64,000 nucleotides of DNA from NCBI GenBank assembly GCA_964016885.1, contig OZ024741.1, positions 327,422,001 through 327,486,000 of the forward strand, read 5' to 3'. Source of the stretch: Eledone cirrhosa (Eukaryota). Both the position numbers and the translations under genes were made by a program. Of the stretch, positions 55,928 through 64,000 are shown in pieces; the stretch's first letter is position 1; the number at the start of each line of letters is the position of its first letter. Under the pieces are notes generated by a model. It ran no database searches. It saw only the letters and a list, made by a program, of their open reading frames with translations, and was not told the origin of the DNA.

Positions 55928-56540
55928 GATAGATAGATATGTGTATATATATATATATGTATATATGTGTGTATATGTGACTGTGTGTGCGTGTGTGTGT
56001 GTACGTGTGTGTTGTTATATATTCTTATTCATTATTCTTCCCCTCCCCCACCTTCTTTTCCTCCAGCCTCACTTTCATATCTGTTATATTTTTGTTTTTC
56101 AAATCCACTGTCAAAAAACACACCAGGATATTTTCATTCTGATGAATGAAAGCAATTTTGGTTGCTTTCAAGAAACCACTGGTAAGTGAAATCATTATCT
56201 TATGTTGTTTATTACATAACTATATATATATATACTGAAAAGTTTCGTGAAATAGTCTTTCTAAGACTATATAGAGCATTTGTAGTTTTTCCAAATTGAA
56301 GGATGAGTATTTAAACTTTATTTTATTCTGAGTTAAGACTCTATTGGATTTTTCCCTGATTTCACAAAATCTGAGGATAAAATCTCTGTCTTGATTTCTT
56401 TTGAATTGAGTTTGAATTATTTTCCCAGATCTTACGTTAATTTTTTTTCCATTCTGACGTTATAGTCACTTATATATTAGGAAATACTGTTGGCTCCTTG
56501 CTCACATTAATTTCTATATTTTCATATATATATATATATA

Positions 56541-56727
56541 TAGGAACCAGTAAGACCCCGACGGCTGAGCTCGAGCCGTTTCGACGGCTAAGTCCAGAAT
56601 TAGCCGTCGAAACGGCTTCAGCTCAGCCCTCGGGGTCTTATTGGTTCCTATTACCCACTCTACTACCCTAAGTATTGAGTACTTTGGTGCGTTATGGTCC
56701 ACCTGGTTCCTTACCACATTTCCTTCG

Positions 56728-56729
<2 letters not shown>
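56541..56729. mobile_element. Fold-back mini-element of the PLE family A terminus
   Basis: Same architecture as 26137-26342, flanked by (TA)n. Confidence 0.8.
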
Positions 56730-56762
<33 letters not shown>

Positions 56763-56927
56763 ATATATATATATATATATGAAATCAAGTGAACGCAAAT
56801 CAGACAACATAAAATGTTACCGTTTTTAGTTGTGCCGATTGCAGCTTCTCTGTGTAAGAAGTAGCTTGGATAGTCCAGTAATGTAGGATATCCTTGGTTT
56901 CGAGTTATTGTTATCATTATGAAAGAC

Positions 56928-57118
56928 GGTGGATTGGCAGTATCGGTAGAGTGTCGGACGCCATGCTTTGCCGCAAAGAGTTACGGCCCTTTCCATTCTG
57001 AGTTCAAATCCCGCCGAGGTTAACTTTTCCTTTCATCCTTACGGGGACGATAAAATAAAGTACCAGTAATACACTGTGAAAATTTCTGGCCTTGTGCCAA
57101 TAGTAGAAACAATCATTA
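56928..57118 (+). mobile_element. Octopus-type tRNA-derived SINE
   Basis: Has A and B boxes and is a close reverse complement of 46272-46462. Confidence 0.82.
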
Positions 57119-57220
57119 TTATACTAGACCACCCGTGACATTTAATGTTAAATGAAATTGGAAGGCCTATATATATATATATGTGTGTGTGTATATATAT
57201 ATATATATACACACACATAC

Positions 57221-57362
<142 letters not shown>

Positions 57363-57449
57363 TTTACGTATCGAGAAAGAGGAAAAAAAGGGGTGATAGG
57401 TGATACATATAGTTATTTGCCAAGTAGCGTATGCACATTTGATTAACCG

Positions 57450-58997
57450 CATGTGACTTCAAGACCCGGCTATACCAACACAGACATACCTTCCGAAACC
57501 CGGCCCGGCGTCACGCCACTACACTTTCGGGCCACATATGGGACCTCAAGGATAACAATATTACCTATGATCTCACTTGGAGCTTACTGTCCAGAGCCAA
57601 CTCTTACACGGGAGGACGCCGTCCGTGCAATTTATGCTCGGAGGAAACTTTACAAATACTGTTTTCGACGGACCAACTCCCAAACAAGAAAAATGAACTG
57701 GTAACTGCATGCAAACACAGATTGCGTAGGACTTACCTCGCCCTCAAACCACATAATAACCCAGGGGGAGGGAGGGGTAGACAAGGGCTGTAACAGCCCA
57801 CTTGCCGACTTTGTAATGGATAACCCCTGCTTGCAAAGGTAGACGTAAGATTTCTTTTATATCTTTTTATCGCTTCCTCTATATTTCCTTCTTCACCCCA
57901 TCCCTCACTAGTCCTTCCACCCCAGTCCTCTTTCTTTGTCGTCGTCCTGTTCACTTTCTCGCCCACCCGAGGCAGCCGCTCGGTCCTTTGTAGCCTCAGT
58001 ACCCCACTCCCTTCCCCTATTCTATGATAGAATTGGCCGACTCCGTTTTATATAGCAGATGTGATAGACCCCGGATACTTGCCTTCTTATCCGATGGCTA
58101 CCACTTTTCCGTGCTTTCTACATTTCTTAGTGGTATCTTTGCTTTAATTTCTCGTATATCAGTATTTATTTATTTTTTCTCTATCCTGAATTAATTTTCC
58201 GTATCAAATTTTTCATATACTTCGTACGAGCATTTATGTAGTTTGCACTCGAATTGTTGTATCGTAGCGGCACCCTTAGAGATAGTATTAGTATTATTTT
58301 TCGGGACTCTGAATTATTATTTCGTATTAGTTTATTTTTTGCACTGGGTGGTTCTGGTCTTCTGCCTAGGGTAGAAACCATTATTTCGTGGTAGTTTCTT
58401 TAGTATTTTAGCCCCCCACTTGTTGACCCGTCACAGTAAGATATACTCGGTTGATTACTACTGCCTCTTAAAAGGGTCTCATTATAATTCCGTCCCACCT
58501 AGTAAACCTTTCCTTAGTCTAGCAGTACCAGTGAGAGACTTGATAGCTGTCCTTAGATTATAGTAACCAGAAATTTTTTTTTATATTTAATTGTTTTTTT
58601 TGTTTTTTTTAACATTCTCGGTATTTTTCTATATATTTACCCCATATTGTATTACTTATTGTTTCGACTTCCTCCCCCTCCCCCTCCCTAGTATACTTCC
58701 TTGACCTCCTGCCCTGCTGTAGTTGGCACTATCAACGCAAGACTGGGTTTCCTCCACCCCTTCTTCCTCTTTCTTCTACTGGCAGGTTCAACTATCCCTC
58801 CCTTCCACAAATTGCCGTGATAGAATTATGTGTCTCAACAACAAACTTTTGACCAATCCTTGTGACAATCACTTTTACCATATATGGAATTACCCCCTGA
58901 GAAGCTCGGCTATTCATATAACAGGATAAAAAATTCATTTAGTCCAGAATTAGCCGTCGAAACGGTTTGAGCTCAGCCGTCGGGGTCCTACACGTTC
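57450..58997 (+). mobile_element. 5'-truncated PLE family A copy
   Basis: GIY-YIG C-terminal remnant ([28 protein letters not shown]) and a 3' UTR matching 32495-33706. Confidence 0.88.
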
Positions 58998-59084
58998 ATA
59001 TATATATATATATATATATATAGCGGCGATGAATTACTTTAGCGAGTTTTTTTATATGAAATCGTGTGTCGAAACAGATATTGT

Positions 59085-59505
59085 TATATTTGGGGAGGGT
59101 CATATTTGCGTAATATTGCCAGAATTAATAAGAGAACACACTCACTGTTTGGTTGGTTTTCGCTTCTCGCTGTCTTTTATATCTGCGATCTAACTTACTC
59201 GGTCCTCAATGTTGCCATTGACTGACCGGCTGTCAAAAATAATACAGATACAATATAGACACAAACACATATATATAGTTTACATAATTTACATAAATCT
59301 TTCGTTGCACATCTGCAACATCGTCAGTGGTGTTATATTCATTGTTCCTCCTGTTGTGTTGTAAGTCAATGGCAACATTGAGGACCGAGTAAGTTAGATC
59401 GCAGATATAAAAGACAGCGAGAAGCGAAAATCAACCAAACAGTGAGTGTGTTCTGTTATTAATTCTGGCAATATTACGCAAATATGACCCTCCCCAAATA
59501 TAACA

Positions 59506-59508
<3 letters not shown>
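59085..59508. mobile_element. Inverted-arm element (59085-59222 / 59364-59508) with a central HHR
   Basis: The arms are reverse complements. Related terminal pieces occur at 27800-27900 and 62068-62130. Confidence 0.75.
59291..59331 (-). ncRNA. Minimal hammerhead motif
   Basis: ca-CUGACGA-u-guugca gaug ugcaac-GAAA-gauu-UA-ug, with a short stem I. Confidence 0.62.
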
Positions 59509-59539
<31 letters not shown>

Positions 59540-59714
59540 TTATATATATATATATATATGTATATTTGTGTGTGCATGTGTCTATAAATATATATATGTG
59601 GGTGTATGTAACCTATATATACTGGTGACAGACACACACATATATACACACACCCTGACCTAACACAGGTTTTATGATACATATAGCTTGATATTCAGTC
59701 ATTATTTCACCAAA

Positions 59715-61190
59715 TTCGTGCTAGGTACAGTAATGTTGTATTCGATTATTTGAAGTCACCTGGTCCACATCTCGATGCCAAAGTTTGGTACTAGTCCCTC
59801 TAGGATGTTCCATGTGTATATCACTGCGTATCTCTCCCATTTTCATTCCAAGGAGTAGAGGTTTAGTTCTTTTAACCTCTCCCAGTAGCTCCTCTCTCTT
59901 CATCGTCGCAATCCCCTTGGTGTAACTTCGTTGGATTGCCTCAAGGTCTGTGGTTAGTTTGATACTATGGGGTGACCACAGTTGGGAGCAGTAGTCCAGT
60001 CGGCTTAAGACAAATGTCCTCCATAGTATCAACATGGTCTCTCATTCTCTTGTCGGGAATGTCCTCAAGATGCAGCCATCTGCACATTGTCCCTACCCTC
60101 ATGATGTTTGAAGAAAAAGATGCATTATTACATATGTCTACCCCCAGGTCTCGCATCGATTTCGACACGGGGATCCCCTCTGCTCCGGTTTAGCTGTGAT
60201 GAACTGTTGTTTTAGCAGGTTGGTATTGCAGGGATTGAAATTTGCTAGTTTTAAACTGCATGATGTTGTTCTCAACCCATTTGTATATGACATCTAGATC
60301 TTATTCTAAAAGGACGACATCAGCTGGGTATTTGATTACCTGTCCTACCTTTGTATCATCAGCATAGCTAGCGAGGGATGATGGTTGTACTACAGAGAGC
60401 CACCAAAAAAAGTAGTGGTCCTAAGACTGTGCCCTGGAGCCCCCCACTTGTTATTGATGGTTCCTTTGTGAAGGCCCCATTGGCTGACACTGTCTGGCTT
60501 CTGTCTTTTACGAAATCATGCAGCCACTCAACTACCTTTGCAGTTTTACCGAGTCTGTGTAGTTTGTGGCATATCATTCCGTGGTCGACTTTGCCAAATC
60601 CCTAAGCAAAGTCAAAATATATCACATCCATATGTGAGCTGCCCAGCAGTTGCTTCGGTACTCAGTCATAGTGTTGTAACAGCTATGTAAGGCAGCTTCT
60701 TCCTACGCGTGAGCTATGCTGCATGCTAGTTAGGCGGTCATTTTCCTCGAGGAACTTGATCAGTTTCTTTCTGATGATTCGTTCCATGAACTTACTGATA
60801 TGTGACGTTAGGGAGACTAGCCAGTAGTGTTTGGCCTCATTTATGGATATGCCATATTGTGCCTTCTTTTAACTCTATTGGTAGTTTACCAGTAGCAAAA
60901 CACCTTTTGAAGAGGATCTTCAGAGATCTTTCTAACGCACGCTTACGTGGTTTTAGGAGAAGTGCTGGGAATCCATCAAGTCCAGGAACTGAGTTTGTTC
61001 AAATTTATTCTATGGCGGATATTACATCTTCCTCCGTTATGTCTATGTGGTAGATAGTCACCATATCTAGGTGGAGTGTTGGGCATCAAAGAAATCCTCT
61101 GGCTTTGCTATTTGCATATGCATCAATGAGAGTGTGAACCCACTGTTGTACTGTTCATTCAGTGTTTCACTTATCCCTTGGGGATACTGG
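59715..61190 (-). mobile_element. CR1/L2-group LINE RT fragment, degenerate
   Basis: Motifs: YFDFA.(A)F.KVDH, SGGLQGTVLGPLLF, YADDTKV, RDLGV, FVLSRLDYCSQLWSP, LEAIQRSYTK. Confidence 0.88.
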
Positions 61191-61198
61191 GTTATATT

Positions 61199-61263
<65 letters not shown>

Positions 61264-61497
61264 GTATGTATATATTGATGACGATTTCATAAGAATGAAG
61301 CAGTTATATTGCTATAGAAGCTATATTGAATAATGATGATGATTGCACTCTACTAATGCATTGCGTACGTTCTGTAACTGCGATTACCGCTTGACTTTAT
61401 TCGGAATCTGTACATATCTATCTACATGCATACCTATCTCTCTCTCTCTCTCTCTATCACTCTCTCCATCACTGTCTCTCTCTATATATATATCTCT

Positions 61498-61569
<72 letters not shown>

Positions 61570-61571
<2 letters not shown>

Positions 61572-62040
61572 GGAAAAAATGAAACGAAATTTCATTTCCC
61601 GCATATACTTGTACATACTTATATTTAAGTAACAGCCGTACTAAGAGTGTGAAATGAAATTTCGTTTCATTTTTTCCGTTTATCGTTTTCGGTGCACCCG
61701 GCCGATTAACCTACTCGATATGCAAACTGGGCTACTCAGCCGTTAATATGCATAAGGTAAGTATATACGTTCAACAATCTGGCAGGAAGGTATACGTTGC
61801 TGACGATAGCTAATAAGCTTGAAACTAGTACAGCGTTCCTTTGTCAGTGTTGAACAAACAAGCAACGATGGTTGCTAGACAATACGGCTTAATACGGGAT
61901 GTTTGTTTACAAACACACGAGCATTATAATAAATGTTCGGTGATCCATACGTACATGTATATATGTGTGCATGTATGTATATATATAACATACTACTCTA
62001 CATCTGTATACATATATGTATGTACGTGTACATACTTATA
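61570..62040 (+). mobile_element. Family D HHR-bearing short element with inverted terminal pieces
   Basis: Reverse-complement homolog of 27155-27490. Confidence 0.75.
61794..61836 (+). ncRNA. Minimal type I hammerhead with a palindromic CUAG loop 3
   Basis: acguug-CUGACGA-u agcu aaua agcu u-GAAA-CUAG-UA-cagcgu, with a 6-bp stem I. Confidence 0.9.
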
Positions 62041-62169
62041 TATATATATATATATATAGATATATATTATTGTTATACTTTGGGAGGGTCATGTTGCTAA
62101 TAAGAAACACACGCACCAGTTGCTTTCACTCTAATTTATTATAAATTAAATTATAAATTTAACAAAAAA

Positions 62170-63470
62170 TTGGTTCCACAACCGGACGGTTGTTCATATA
62201 TTGTCAAAGTTCTTTCGTCACACATTCTGTGACTCATCAGTTACTGGGGATTCTTTCCTTTGTTTTTTGCCTCTCTTTGTTCTGTCCTACGCCATCTTGT
62301 TTTTGTGTGTGTTGTGTGCTTAGTTTGCGCATGTTTTACATCCGGGTGTCCGTGTGTGTTTTTATTTGTTTATTTATTTGTATGTTTACATGTTACTAGT
62401 TGGTTGTTTGTACTATGTGTGTGTGTGTTTTCATTTTGTCCTTAATTGTTAGTTGTGATGTTGCCGTTCCATTAATGTTTTCTATTTAATTATGGTTGGA
62501 GTTCATTTATGTTTATTGCCTCTGTGATTTTCTAAACATTGCGTCTTTTCTGTGTGTGGATTTTATTTTTATTTCTATGTTCTCTAATTTTCTCTTATGT
62601 CCTATTTTAGCATGTTGGTGGAGTACTGATGAGTCTTTTCTATCTTGAAGCTCTCGCCAGTGTTCATTTAATACTTCTCCTATACTACGAGCTGTCTCAC
62701 CTATGTACATTATATTCTTATCTTTACATTGTCCCTCATTACACCTTATGCTATATACTATGTTTATAGTTTTTCAGTTAATATGGGGGGGCTTAGTTTA
62801 CAGATTATGCATTTCTTATCTATACAGGGAGGTCTTTGAAAAGAGTATGTATTACTAATAAGTGTTTTTATGGAGGTACCTGGTATTTCCACTATCTTAA
62901 TATTTAGTTTAAGTTTATCTAGGACCTTTATAAATTATTAAGCTAGTTCACCTCTAGTGGTTGTATTGATGAACATTACACTCTGGTATTTATTGCTCTC
63001 ATACCATGAGTTTATTCTATTAACCTTATTTCTACTTCTTTCTATTCTATTCCAAGATTTGCTCCTATACAAGGGGCAGGTCCCATTTGTATCATTATTT
63101 ACCATTTTTTCCCATTTGGTTCTGGCTCCTCTATATACTCTGATTTTATCTCTCTGTTTGTAACCAGAGAACTGTATGTGCAACACCAAAGAACTAGAGA
63201 GACACATACAAAACTTCATCCACCGTATGCAGTTACAAACAGAGAGATAAAATCACAGTATATAGAGGAGCCAGAACCAAATGGGAAAAAACGGTAAATA
63301 ATGATACAAATGGGACCTGCCCCTTGTATAGGAGCAAATTTTGAAATAGAATAAAAGAATTAGGAATAAGGTTAATAGAATAAACTCATAGTATGATAGC
63401 AATAAATACTAGAGTGTAATGTTCATCAATACAACCCCTAGAGTTGAACTAGCTTACAAATTTAAAAGGG
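62170..63470 (-). mobile_element. Second, decayed PLE family C copy (62170-63176, minus) with an inverted ORF arm (63178-63470, plus)
   Basis: The [14 protein letters not shown] and GTCPLYRSK motifs match 28342-29775. The inverted arm repeats the thumb region. Confidence 0.88.
62203..62244 (-). ncRNA. Minimal hammerhead in the family C 3' region
   Basis: guaa-CUGAUGA-gucac agaaugu gugac-GAAA-gaac-UU-ugac. Confidence 0.75.
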
Positions 63471-64000
63471 CTTGTATTTACTTTCTTGATTTATTCTTAA
63501 ATTGAGTCTGGCAAACCCTATTGTCTATAGTTAGTATTCTTTTCACCTTAGCGAATCTGGTCCCTTACGATTTGAACAGATATATATATATATATATGTC
63601 TGTATTCGTTTTTCTTTTATATTCAGAGGTAGATACAAAAGTTCTGAATGTACAAAACCTTCATGTAAGGATATGTATCAATTGTGTATATATCCATGGA
63701 CCGCCGACATTTTCGACATTCTCTTCGGTCGGTTGTTTTCCATTTTCATGAAGGATTATTAAAGCAACAATTTAAAATGCATGTGTTTGCAAGCCGGAAA
63801 CTTTCTGATTGAAGCTTTTCTTTCTCCACATTATTACCATAGCTAAGCAAAAATATTTGTAGAGATGCAGCAACATGTTTTAACAAGCGCAGTGTAAAAT
63901 ATGCTATTATTTATGGGATGACCTGAAAGAGAGAGATATGCATTTCACATATAGAATATGCATGTCACTATGGTATATATACGTTTCACATATAGAATAT

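Overview
Repeat-saturated, AT-rich eukaryotic DNA. The tRNA-derived SINE families and the density of (TA)n/(CA)n/(ACAT)n tracts suggest an octopus/coleoid cephalopod, but this is recognition from memory and was not checked by a search. No host protein-coding exon could be supported, and most ORF-track entries are microsatellite translations. The window contains nested retroelement remnants: a decayed L1/Tx1 LINE, two R4/Dong-like RLE LINE fragments, a CR1-like RT fragment, RTE 3' ends with a bipartite RTE-derived non-autonomous element, tRNA-SINEs, a 35-bp minisatellite, and at least four families of Penelope-like elements (PLEs; RT + GIY-YIG). One PLE keeps an uninterrupted ~520-codon frame. 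The most striking hidden structure is a set of more than a dozen type-I hammerhead ribozyme (HHR) motifs, found by hand folding, from about ten sequence-unrelated families. Many have minimal palindromic stem III, U.U at the base of stem II, or variant cores. They sit in or beside ~18 head-to-head inverted duplications that mostly end in (TA)n tracts.
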